A DNA stretch of 58,206 nucleotides from an uncultured Cytophagales bacterium (GTDB lineage Bacteria; Bacteroidota; Bacteroidia; Cytophagales; Spirosomataceae): NCBI GenBank assembly GCA_964626405.1, contig CAZVFE010000001.1, positions 1-58,206 of the forward strand, read 5' to 3'. Below, piece after piece: positions 1 to 8,273 of the stretch. The notes below the pieces were generated by a model, which was not told where the DNA came from, made no database searches, and saw only the letters and a program-made list of their open reading frames with translations. Within the stretch, counting starts at the first letter, position 1, and the number at the start of each line of letters is the position of its first letter. Both the position numbers and the translations under genes were made by a program.

Positions 1-234
1 CCAAAAATTGCAGAGGAAAAACCCAAAAAACTTTCTTTTAAGGAGAAAAAAGAATTAGAAGATTTAGAAAAAGAATTAGAGGGCCTTCAAGTCAAAAAAA
101 AGGATTTAGAAGAAAAATTAAATAACCCCACTGCCGAATATAATCTTATTGAGCAATGGGGTCAAGAATTTCAAGAAATTGAAAAATTAATTGAAGAAAA
201 AGAATTTCGTTGGTTGGAATTAACCATCCATTAA
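1..234 (+). CDS. 3' end of an ABC-F type ATP-binding protein (Uup/YheS-like C-terminal coiled coil). The 5' end lies outside the window.
   Basis: Frame 1 is open from base 1 to TAA at 232-234. It translates to PKIAEEKPKKLSFKEKKELEDLEKELEGLQVKKKDLEEKLNNP...EFRWLELTIH. This K/E-rich coiled-coil tail with the KLSFKEK-ELE motif is typical of ABC-F C-termini. Confidence 0.5.
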   Translation, partial: PKIAEEKPKKLSFKEKKELEDLEKELEGLQVKKKDLEEKLNNPTAEYNLIEQWGQEFQEIEKLIEEKEFRWLELTIH

Positions 235-3200
235 TTACCGATTAAACTTCAAACTCTTCAACATAAACATGGCTTTGTCTTTAACCTCAGGATTATTAAA
301 CTGAAGATAAATAGAATGCTTTCCAGACTCTGAAATAGAAATTGTTTTTTCAGTGGCATCCTGAATATCCAAATTTCCTAAAACCTTGCCTTCGGCATTA
401 TCCAATCGCATGGTTAGCTTTCCTCCTATTGTCCATCCTTTTACCATTGTTGGCACTACAGAAATAGACTTCACTCCAGTTAAATCTAGGTTTTTATATC
501 CGACTATTCCATTATCCTGGTTGGCAATTAATATCTCATTTCCTTGTACCTTAAATTTCATAATATCCTTACCTTCATCAAAACTAATCCCCGGCACTTC
601 TGAGCTTCTTAGTACCACGGATAGACTATTCGATGCAGGAGGAATTCCATTATTTCCTTTATCCGTATAAGTAGCATTTATGATATATGTTCCTGGTTTG
701 CCTTCATCATTGGTCATATAATCTCCCGCAACTGGCTTAGAACTTTTCTTTTCATCCCCAACACTTAATATATACTGAACCATTTCCCTTGCATCTTCAT
801 AGGAAATCTGAGGGTGCGCAGCCATCGCTTGCTCTCCCCAAACGCCTCCTCCCCCAGAAATTACTTTCTTGGTTAGTTTATCAATATTCTGAGAACTAGC
901 ACGATATTTCTTCGAAACATCCACAAAGGAAGGACCAATTGATTTCTCATTCTTTTGGTGACAAGCCGCACAATCACTTAATTCCATTAATCTCTTACCA
1001 TTCGCAAAAGAAACATTCATCTGGTGACCTTGAGCCAAAACAGTCTTATCATACCCTTGAAGATAATTGATGCTCACAATTACATCATCATCTGCAATCT
1101 TTCCGTCTTCCTTATCCGTCACATTTACCTGATAAGTAATCGGGCTTTCATTCCAATAAAAAGTCTGATTTCCCTTTAAATCAATAGCAATTTTAGGAAC
1201 TTCATTCCCCACTACTAAATCAATACTGGAAGTACCTGTATTTCCCTCTGAATCCTTCACTGTAAGCGTCACAGTATATTCTCCTGGTTTAGAATATTTA
1301 AAGCTTGGATTGGGTTTGGAAGATTTTTTACCATTTCCAAAATCCCAACGATAACTAATTGCATCCCCATCATAATCCAAACTTCCTTCGGAACTAAATT
1401 GTACTGTAAGTGGACTAGCTCCCTTTGTCTTATCAGCAGAAGCAATAGAAACCGGTGGTCTATTCCCTGCATTATATTCTATTTTGTACAAACTTGCTTC
1501 CGGATTTGGAGCAAACCAGTTCGGACCATATTCCAAGCCATATAGTTCTCCATTCTTGGAGAAAACCATATCCATTGGATGACTAAATCTTACCTCCGGC
1601 AAGAATCTTTCCATCTTGTCAAAATTATCGTTCTCATCCATGGTTACCGTATAAACGATATCTCTAGCCCAATCATAGGCAAATAATTTGCCATCAAAAT
1701 AAGCAGGAAACTTCTTGTCTCCCTGATAATCCTCTATATGATAAACCTGCCCAGCCATTGCATTTCTACCTCCTGTTTTTAACATAGGACCGAATTCAGG
1801 AGAATCCGCATAAGGATAATAAATAAAGGCTTTCTGTGCCTTGGGCAAATGTGCCATCCCCGTATTATGAGGTGAATCATTCACCGGTGCTTCCGGATTA
1901 TAATATTCAAAGGTTTCATTTGTATTGAAATCCCTTTTTCTATAAGCCTTATTATCTCCCACGAATAATGGCCATCCAAAATACCCTGGACCCCTCGCCT
2001 GATTTACTTCATCATGACCTCTTGGACCAAATTTATCTGAGTTTTCTCCTGCATCAGGGCCTACTTCACCCCAATATAAATAACCATTATGCTTATCAAC
2101 AGAAATTCGATATGGATTTCTATTCCCCATTACATAAATCTCTGCACGAGCATGATAGGTATTTGGAGGAAATAAATTTCCTTCAGGAATGGTATAGGTT
2201 CCATCATCCTGAGGCTTAATTCTTAAAATCTTTCCTCTTAAATCATTTGTATTAGAAGAAGTATATCGAGCATCCCAACCTTGTCTATCCTTTCTGTTAT
2301 CCATTGGTCCGAATCCATCAGACGCAAATGGATTGGTATCATCACCCGTAGATAAATATAAATTCCCCGCTGCATCCCATTCTATTGACCCCCCAGTATG
2401 GCAACACTCCACCCTTTTAACAGGAACTTTTAAAAGAATTTTTTCTGTTTCCAATAATAATTTATCATTTACATCATCATAAACAAAACGAGATAAATGT
2501 TGAGCGGTATCTTCTTGACCAGATGGTGGAGAATAATAAAGATACATCCAATGGTTTTCTTCAAATTTAGGATCCAAATTCAAACCCATCAAACCATATT
2601 CTTGTCCATTATAAACATCCAATTTTGCTACTTCCTTTTTCTCTCCAGTTTTCTCATTATACATTTTCACATTTCCTTTTCGAGAGGCATAGAAAATTTT
2701 TCCATTAGGTGCAATGGCCAATTCCGTAGGTTCATCTAGATAGGTATCTAATAGAACCTTTCTAAAACGATTATTTTCTGGGATTTTTGCTGTCCTTAGT
2801 TTTTTTTTGAAGTCAACTGCTGGTTTATCTGCAACCCATTGTAAGCCTCCCCAGATATGATTAATTACAATTGGCTCAGAAAAAGATTCATTGGTATGTC
2901 CCCAATTGGTATAAAAAGCTCTCCCTCCATCAAATTCATGATACCAAGACATTGGATGGAAATCTCCCATCTTACCATCCTTATAGGTTTTTTCTTCAAC
3001 AGTAATTAATACATTTACATCTTCATTAAAATGCTTAATATCATAAAATTCATCCGTTCTATTAAATGATTTTGGCAAGTCTTTAGTAGAAATATGATTG
3101 ATATCCTGCACAATAAAAGTTCCAGTTTGAACATTAGGATTACCCGGATGAGAGGCGAAATGTCCACCCGCTAATTTTGCATACCAAGCCCAATTATGTT

Positions 3201-3576
3201 CAGTATCAGTAGCTGAATGTATTCCTAGATAGCCGCCTCCAGCTTGGATATAACGTTGAAAGGCGTTTTTCTGTTCATCATTAAAAACAGTTCCAGTCGT
3301 ATTTAAAAAAACAACTAATGGATACTGTGCTAAATTTTCTTCAGTGAATAATGCAGCATTTTCCGTTGTATCAACTTGGAAACCCTTTTCTTGTCCTAAT
3401 TTAAAAAAGAAAGCTTGTCCGGATGGAATAGATCCATGTCGAAACCCTTTTGTACTTGAAAAAACTAAAATTTTCTTACCTTTTAAAGGATTTGAATCTT
3501 GTGAAAAACTTATTGAGGATTGAAAAGTTAATAATAAGGATACTAAAATGTATCCAAAAATTTTGGAATTTTTCAT
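235..3576 (-). CDS. Secreted multidomain oxidoreductase: ThuA-like domain, PQQ-dependent soluble sugar (glucose/sorbosone) dehydrogenase beta-propeller, PKD domain, c-type cytochrome domain and a C-terminal beta-sandwich (CBM-like).
   Basis: Signal peptide MKNSKIFGYILVSLLLTFQSSISFSQ. ThuA-like KILVFSSTKGFRHGSIP...GIHSATDT (aa ~33-250). Propeller region with ECCHTGGSIEWD, NRNPYRIS and GWP motifs (aa ~270-700). PKD signature SPLTVQFSSEGSLDYDGDAISYRWDFGNG...YTVTLTVKD (aa ~705-790). Heme motif CAACH at aa 869-873 (nt 958-972), with a downstream GGGGVWGEQAMAAHP Met ligand region. Confidence 0.8.
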   Translation of the reverse strand: MKNSKIFGYILVSLLLTFQSSISFSQDSNPLKGKKILVFSSTKGFRHGSIPSGQAFFFKLGQEKGFQVDTTENAALFTEENLAQYPLVVFLNTTGTVFNDEQKNAFQRYIQAGGGYLGIHSATDTEHNWAWYAKLAGGHFASHPGNPNVQTGTFIVQDINHISTKDLPKSFNRTDEFYDIKHFNEDVNVLITVEEKTYKDGKMGDFHPMSWYHEFDGGRAFYTNWGHTNESFSEPIVINHIWGGLQWVADKPAVDFKKKLRTAKIPENNRFRKVLLDTYLDEPTELAIAPNGKIFYASRKGNVKMYNEKTGEKKEVAKLDVYNGQEYGLMGLNLDPKFEENHWMYLYYSPPSGQEDTAQHLSRFVYDDVNDKLLLETEKILLKVPVKRVECCHTGGSIEWDAAGNLYLSTGDDTNPFASDGFGPMDNRKDRQGWDARYTSSNTNDLRGKILRIKPQDDGTYTIPEGNLFPPNTYHARAEIYVMGNRNPYRISVDKHNGYLYWGEVGPDAGENSDKFGPRGHDEVNQARGPGYFGWPLFVGDNKAYRKRDFNTNETFEYYNPEAPVNDSPHNTGMAHLPKAQKAFIYYPYADSPEFGPMLKTGGRNAMAGQVYHIEDYQGDKKFPAYFDGKLFAYDWARDIVYTVTMDENDNFDKMERFLPEVRFSHPMDMVFSKNGELYGLEYGPNWFAPNPEASLYKIEYNAGNRPPVSIASADKTKGASPLTVQFSSEGSLDYDGDAISYRWDFGNGKKSSKPNPSFKYSKPGEYTVTLTVKDSEGNTGTSSIDLVVGNEVPKIAIDLKGNQTFYWNESPITYQVNVTDKEDGKIADDDVIVSINYLQGYDKTVLAQGHQMNVSFANGKRLMELSDCAACHQKNEKSIGPSFVDVSKKYRASSQNIDKLTKKVISGGGGVWGEQAMAAHPQISYEDAREMVQYILSVGDEKKSSKPVAGDYMTNDEGKPGTYIINATYTDKGNNGIPPASNSLSVVLRSSEVPGISFDEGKDIMKFKVQGNEILIANQDNGIVGYKNLDLTGVKSISVVPTMVKGWTIGGKLTMRLDNAEGKVLGNLDIQDATEKTISISESGKHSIYLQFNNPEVKDKAMFMLKSLKFNR

Positions 3577-3628
3577 AATAGGTTTAAAATTTCATAATTT
3601 GTAAATATAATTCAAAAAATCCTTATCT

Positions 3629-4462
3629 ATGAAAAAATTTATCGTATTTATTAGTTTGTTTTTATCGGTACAAACTATTTTTGGACAGGAATGCTGTTTC
3701 CCTGTGGATCAAATGCAATTATTTGCTTTTGACAAAGATTTTGTCAAATTACACCCCAATCCAAAAAAATACCTACATCAGTCTAAGAATGATGCGAAAA
3801 TGGTAGAATTTAAAACTCCTGATGGAAAAACTGCTAAAGGTTATTGGATTGAGGCAAAAAATAAAACGAATAAAACCTTATTAGTATTTCAAGAATGGTG
3901 GGGTTTGAATGAACATATAAAGCGTGAAGCTGATAAATATTTTGAAACATTAGGCAATGTAAATGTATTCGCAGTGGATTTATATGATGGCAAAATTGCT
4001 GAAACAAGAGATGAAGCAGCAAAATTAATGGGAAGTGCAAACCCCATGCGAATCGAAAAAATTGTTGAAGGTGCAATTGAATATTGTGGCGAAGACGCTA
4101 AAATTGCAACGATCGGCTGGTGTTTTGGTGGAGGCTGGTCTTTAAAAGCTTCTATTTTAGCTGAAAAAAAAGGAATTGGTTGTGTGATGTATTATGGCAT
4201 GCCGGTAAAAGATATTGAACAATTAAAAAGATTAAATTCCGATGTATTAGGATTATTTGCGGGAAGGGAAAAATATATTAATAAAGAAATCGTTGAGGAG
4301 TTTGCAGAGAATATGAAAAAGGCGAATAAGAAACTTAGTTATAAAATTTTCGATGCTGAACATGCTTTTTCTAATCCTTCAAATCCATATTATGATAGCG
4401 AGGCAACAAAAGAATCTTTTGCAATGGCAATAAAATTTTTAAAAGAACATATTGGGGAATAA
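3629..4462 (+). CDS. Dienelactone hydrolase family protein (secreted alpha/beta hydrolase).
   Basis: Signal peptide. LLVFQEWWGLNEHIKREADK and the nucleophile-elbow-like GWCFGGGWS are typical of the DLH family. C-terminal AEHAFSNP. Confidence 0.75.
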   Translation: MKKFIVFISLFLSVQTIFGQECCFPVDQMQLFAFDKDFVKLHPNPKKYLHQSKNDAKMVEFKTPDGKTAKGYWIEAKNKTNKTLLVFQEWWGLNEHIKREADKYFETLGNVNVFAVDLYDGKIAETRDEAAKLMGSANPMRIEKIVEGAIEYCGEDAKIATIGWCFGGGWSLKASILAEKKGIGCVMYYGMPVKDIEQLKRLNSDVLGLFAGREKYINKEIVEEFAENMKKANKKLSYKIFDAEHAFSNPSNPYYDSEATKESFAMAIKFLKEHIGE

Positions 4463-4501
4463 ATAATTTTATATTTTTAGGGAATACAAACCACTAAAAA
4501 T

Positions 4502-4822
4502 ATGATAAGTTCCGAATCAATTAAGCTTTTTAGATTAAAAAATGGCTTAACGCAAGAAAAAATGGCTGAATTATTAGAAATTAGCCAATCCTCTTATAAT
4601 CGGCTAGAGAATGATAAAAGAGAATTGAAAATCTCTGATATTAAAATAATGGCTGTAAATATGAATAAAGACCCAAATGATTTATTCAAGGAATTATGTG
4701 GGGAGGAGGTTTTAAAAAGAGATCAATTATTATTACAAGAAATTAAAGAGCAATATGAAAAAATCATACAAGAGAAAAATGCTCAGATTGAATTATTAAA
4801 AAGTTTTTACAAAAAGAAATGA
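4502..4822 (+). CDS. XRE-family helix-turn-helix transcriptional regulator with a C-terminal coiled coil.
   Basis: LKNGLTQEKMAELLEISQSSYNRLENDKRELKISDI matches the HTH_3/Cro-C1 pattern. The C-terminal half is heptad-like and K/E/Q-rich. Confidence 0.75.
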   Translation: MISSESIKLFRLKNGLTQEKMAELLEISQSSYNRLENDKRELKISDIKIMAVNMNKDPNDLFKELCGEEVLKRDQLLLQEIKEQYEKIIQEKNAQIELLKSFYKKK

Positions 4823-5031
4823 TTAAAACTATTAAATTTTCCTTAATTTTTTCCTTAGGAATTCTATCAATTAGTCCAGATTTAACGGCTAGTAATATTT
4901 CACAAAATAACTCTGTTAAAATAGAGGTTCTAAGGAAAAAATTTAAGAAGACAAAAAGAAAAAATAATAAAAATATTTTCAGACGAATTTTTTCAAAAAA
5001 AGGAAATGATTGTGGTTGTCCAAAACATTAA
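4819..5031 (+). CDS. Hypothetical small secreted protein (70 aa) with a highly cationic mature part ending in CGCPKH.
   Basis: Its ATG overlaps the XRE stop (ATGA). The N-terminus MIKTIKFSLIFSLGILSISPDLTAS looks like a signal peptide. The ORF fills an otherwise unexplained ~200-nt gap in a very compact genome. No recognisable family. Confidence 0.35.
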   Translation: MIKTIKFSLIFSLGILSISPDLTASNISQNNSVKIEVLRKKFKKTKRKNNKNIFRRIFSKKGNDCGCPKH

Positions 5032-5795
5032 TTCAAAATAGGATTAAGTTTGGAATTTGCAGAATTTCCAATGGGTAAACCCATTAACCAACGTTGTCTG
5101 TCCGCCTCCTGGTTTTCATTTTTAGGTTGAATTATTTTGGCATCTGCATCCATATAAATTATCGTCATCACAGATCGCATTTTATAAGAAAAATTTCCCT
5201 CAGCCTTGTGGAGTGTCCAACCACGATGAAAGGTAGCATCTCCCGCTTTCATAGATTTTTGGGCATAAATTTCAAAACCTTTTAAACTTACATATTCTTC
5301 AATATATTTTTCAGAATCATCTGAGATTTTCATTAAAGGAAGTTTTTCGTTTTGGGATTTAGAGGCAAAAGTGAGCATTCCCATATTATCATCTATATCA
5401 ACCAAAGGCATCCACATGGTAATGGTTTTATCCGTATCCAAAGGCCAATAATATTGATCCTGATGCCAAGGAGTTGGACCTCCACCTGGTTCTTTAAATA
5501 ATGCCTGATCATGATAAAGACGAACCTTCTTTACTCCTAATAAATCTGCCGCCATTTGGGCAAATTTTGGATTAAAGACAAATTCTTTAATTTTAGAATT
5601 TAATTCCCATAAATTCATCATTTGTAAAAAGGCTTTTCCATAAGTATCTCGCTCTTCCATTCGCTTTACACCCTTAGAAAAATTAATCGAAAAATTTTCA
5701 ATTTCCTTCCGATATACCTCTAAATTGGAGGAATCCATAAGGCTAGGAATATAAACATGACCATTTTCTTCAAAAAACTGAATCTTTTCTTTCAT
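5028..5795 (-). CDS. Phytanoyl-CoA dioxygenase (PhyH) family Fe(II)/2-oxoglutarate-dependent oxygenase.
   Basis: The LYHDQALFKEPGGGPTPWHQDQYYWPL block contains the H-x-D iron motif (HQD). A distal His is present in ATFHRGWTLHKA. The size of 255 aa is typical. Confidence 0.75.
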   Translation of the reverse strand: MKEKIQFFEENGHVYIPSLMDSSNLEVYRKEIENFSINFSKGVKRMEERDTYGKAFLQMMNLWELNSKIKEFVFNPKFAQMAADLLGVKKVRLYHDQALFKEPGGGPTPWHQDQYYWPLDTDKTITMWMPLVDIDDNMGMLTFASKSQNEKLPLMKISDDSEKYIEEYVSLKGFEIYAQKSMKAGDATFHRGWTLHKAEGNFSYKMRSVMTIIYMDADAKIIQPKNENQEADRQRWLMGLPIGNSANSKLNPILN

Positions 5796-5864
5796 CGGTA
5801 TTTTTATTTCAAAATTCTAAAAAATAATTCGCAAAATCTTATTCAATTTTTTCAATTAATTATG

Positions 5865-5883
5865 CTATTTTATCATAAAATAG
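5865..5883. promoter_or_regulatory. Perfect 9+1+9 palindrome CTATTTTAT-C-ATAAAATAG in the divergent PhyH/AraC intergenic region; candidate operator.
   Basis: Read directly from the sequence. The arms at 5865-5873 and 5875-5883 are exact reverse complements. The site lies 38 nt upstream of the AraC ATG and 70 nt upstream of the PhyH ATG. Confidence 0.35.
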
Positions 5884-5920
5884 GTTATTTTTATGAAAAT
5901 TTGTCAAATTTAAACAAAAT

Positions 5921-6793
5921 ATGAAAGCAAGTTTTGAACAAATTTCTTGGAATGAAAAAGAAGTAATTCAATCAAAACATATAAAATTAACGCGATTTGA
6001 CTCTCCTCTTCATTATCATCCTGCCTTGGAATTAACCTATATTATCCAAGGGAAAGGGAAAAGATTCGTAGGAAACTCAATTGAGGATTTCAAGGAAGGT
6101 GATTTAATTTTATTAGGATCAAACCTTCCTCATTGTTGGCAAAATGATCGTTCTAATCTCTTATTAGAGGACCCAAAAGGAGAAAATTCCGAGGCCATAG
6201 TAATTCATTTTTCAGAAAATATTATTTTGAATAATGGCTTAGAAAATTTAAAATCCCTACTTGAAATTGCCAAACAAGGTATTTCCTTGGACAAAATTCA
6301 ATCTTTTAAATTAAAAAATCGAATTTTAAAATTCAATTCAAAGGATCCTCTAGACCAATTAATTGATTTATTATTCATCTTAAAACAAATCCAATTAGAG
6401 CAAGAAAATATCCGTATTTTAAATCCAATTAAGGAAAATTATCATCTAAATAATACAGATTTGGAAAGGATTAATAAAGTCTATTCCTATATCATAGCAA
6501 ATTTTACCCATGAAGTTCATTTGGATGAAGCCGCCCATCTAGCTAATATGACTGAAACCGCATTTTGTAGATATTTAAAAAAGGTAACAAGAAAAACTTT
6601 TATTGAAATTGTTACGGACTTTAGAATAAAATTTGCCTGTGAGCAATTAAAAAACACAGAAAAATCTGTATTGGAAATTTGTTTTGAAAGTGGATTCGGA
6701 AATGTTTCTCATTTCAACAAAATATTTAAAAAAAATAGAAATCAAACTCCTTTGCAATTCAGGAAAACAACACAAAAATTCATATTTGAATAG
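5921..6793 (+). CDS. AraC-family transcriptional regulator with an N-terminal cupin sensor domain.
   Basis: Cupin-like HYHPALELTYIIQGKGKRFVG...GDLILLGSNLPHCW. C-terminal double HTH LDEAAHLANMTETAFCRYLKKVTRKTFIEIVTDFRIKFACEQL...ESGFGNVSHFNKIFKK. Confidence 0.85.
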   Translation: MKASFEQISWNEKEVIQSKHIKLTRFDSPLHYHPALELTYIIQGKGKRFVGNSIEDFKEGDLILLGSNLPHCWQNDRSNLLLEDPKGENSEAIVIHFSENIILNNGLENLKSLLEIAKQGISLDKIQSFKLKNRILKFNSKDPLDQLIDLLFILKQIQLEQENIRILNPIKENYHLNNTDLERINKVYSYIIANFTHEVHLDEAAHLANMTETAFCRYLKKVTRKTFIEIVTDFRIKFACEQLKNTEKSVLEICFESGFGNVSHFNKIFKKNRNQTPLQFRKTTQKFIFE

Positions 6794-6800
6794 AAATCCC

Positions 6801-6808
6801 TATTTTTG
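6801..6808 (+). promoter_or_regulatory. Bacteroidota sigma-A -7 box candidate (TATTTTTG, matches TAnnTTTG) upstream of the GT2 gene.
   Basis: Exact match to the TAnnTTTG consensus, 19 nt upstream of the ATG at 6828. Confidence 0.3.
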
Positions 6809-6827
6809 TATTAATTAAAGTTCATAA

Positions 6828-7571
6828 ATGTACGAAGGAAAAAAAGTAATTGTTGTGATGCCCGCCTACAAGGCCGCTCTTACATTAGAAAAAACCTATA
6901 AGGAAATTCCTTTCGATTGGGTAGATGAGGTAATTCTGGTAGACGATCATAGTCCGGATAATACCGTAGAAGTAGCAAAGAACCTTGGAATTAAACATGT
7001 AATTAAACATGACAAAAACAAAGGTTATGGGGGAAATCAAAAAACTTGTTACAAAAAAGCCTTAGAATTAGGAGCGGATATTGTAATAATGGTACATCCA
7101 GACTATCAATATACTCCCAAATTATTGAAGGCAATCATCAGCATCATTGGAAATGAATTATATCCTGCAGTTTTTGCTTCAAGAATTTTAGGAAAAGGAG
7201 CTTTAAAGGGAGGAATGCCTATTTATAAATATATTGCCAATCGCGCACTTACTCTTTTTCAAAATATTTTAATTAATCAAAAATTATCAGAATACCATAC
7301 TGGTTATCGAGGATTCTCCAAAGAAATTTTAGAATCTGTTCCTTTTGAAAAAGCAAGTGATGATTTCATTTTTGACAACCAAATGGCTCTACAGGTATTT
7401 TGGAACGGCTTTGAAATTGGAGAGGTTACCTGCCCTACCAAATATTTTGAAGAAGCCTCTTCAATTAATTTTATGCGAAGTTCAATATATGGTTTAGGTG
7501 TAATTGGACATTCAATAAGATATAGATTGGCGAAATGGGGTTGGAAATGGAAATTAATGGAAAAAATTTAA
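6828..7571 (+). CDS. Family 2 glycosyltransferase (polyprenol-phosphate sugar transferase-like).
   Basis: VIVVMPAYKAALTLEKTYKEIP...VILVDDHSPDNTVEVAKNLG is the classical GT2 N-terminal Rossmann/DxD region. Confidence 0.8.
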   Translation: MYEGKKVIVVMPAYKAALTLEKTYKEIPFDWVDEVILVDDHSPDNTVEVAKNLGIKHVIKHDKNKGYGGNQKTCYKKALELGADIVIMVHPDYQYTPKLLKAIISIIGNELYPAVFASRILGKGALKGGMPIYKYIANRALTLFQNILINQKLSEYHTGYRGFSKEILESVPFEKASDDFIFDNQMALQVFWNGFEIGEVTCPTKYFEEASSINFMRSSIYGLGVIGHSIRYRLAKWGWKWKLMEKI

Positions 7572-7611
7572 TATTTTTAGAAAAGACCTTTCAAATATTA
7601 AGTTTTATTTT

Positions 7612-7619
7612 TACCTTTG
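7612..7619 (+). promoter_or_regulatory. Bacteroidota sigma-A -7 box candidate (TACCTTTG) upstream of rpmH.
   Basis: Exact TAnnTTTG match, 42 nt upstream of the rpmH ATG. The identical octamer occurs upstream of typA. Confidence 0.5.
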
Positions 7620-7661
7620 CAATCCGAAATTTTTGCTGCGAAGCAATTAAAAATAAACAAA

Positions 7662-7817
7662 ATGAAAAGAACATTTCAACCTTCTGTAAGAAAAAGAAAG
7701 AACAAGCACGGTTTCCGTGAAAGAATGTCGACCGCGAATGGTCGTAGAGTATTAGCTTCAAGAAGAGCTAAAGGTCGTCATAAACTTAGCGTTTCAGACG
7801 AGAAAAGAGGAAAATAA
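7662..7817 (+). CDS. rpmH: 50S ribosomal protein L34.
   Basis: [44 protein letters not shown] is the near-universal L34 sequence. I placed the start at the internal Met of the 7617 ORF. Confidence 0.95.
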   Translation: MKRTFQPSVRKRKNKHGFRERMSTANGRRVLASRRAKGRHKLSVSDEKRGK

Positions 7818-7853
7818 TCCATAAATTGCTGATGGGGTAGCTTTTTTTGGATT
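7816..7853 (+). terminator. Possible weak attenuator/terminator hairpin after rpmH (AATCCA...TGGATT enclosing GCT..AGC, with a T7 run).
   Basis: AATCCA (7816-7821) pairs with TGGATT (7848-7853). A T7 run lies at 7842-7848. The loop is long and the stems are weak. Confidence 0.25.
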
Positions 7854-7877
7854 ATTGTAATTTAAATTACAAAATCC

Positions 7878-8273
7878 GTGAAATTTACATTTTCAAAGCA
7901 AGAAAAACTTACTCAGCAATCCATCATAGATTTAATATTTAAGAAGGATAGTCCGATTGTTGTTGAACAATTTGTCTATCCTTTTCGTATTTTATTTATG
8001 AATCAAAACAAAAATTACCCTAATCCTAAAGTCTTAATTTCTGTTACAAAAAGGAAATTCAAAAAAGCTGTAGACAGAAACCTTTTAAAAAGGAGAATCA
8101 GAGAGGCATATCGATTAAATAAACCATTTTTTCATCAAAATGAAAATAAAACTCTTCCTGAGTTTATCGTTTTCACGTATATTGGAAAAAAAATTGAAGA
8201 CTTTGAATTGATTCAAGAAAAAATGATTAAAACCTTAGAATTACTATCTCAACCAAACCATGAAAAAAATTAA
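7878..8273 (+). CDS. rnpA: Ribonuclease P protein component.
   Basis: It follows rpmH, which is the conserved arrangement. The basic RNR-like motif KKAVDRNLLKRRIREAYR is present. The ORF starts with GTG. Confidence 0.85.
   Translation: MKFTFSKQEKLTQQSIIDLIFKKDSPIVVEQFVYPFRILFMNQNKNYPNPKVLISVTKRKFKKAVDRNLLKRRIREAYRLNKPFFHQNENKTLPEFIVFTYIGKKIEDFELIQEKMIKTLELLSQPNHEKN

Noticed and set aside
7535-7720. A 61-aa ORF, plus the 15-codon N-terminal extension of rpmH (7617-7661).
   Set aside because: L34 universally starts MKRTFQP. The extra ORF spans the promoter box and 5' UTR and has no coding signature.
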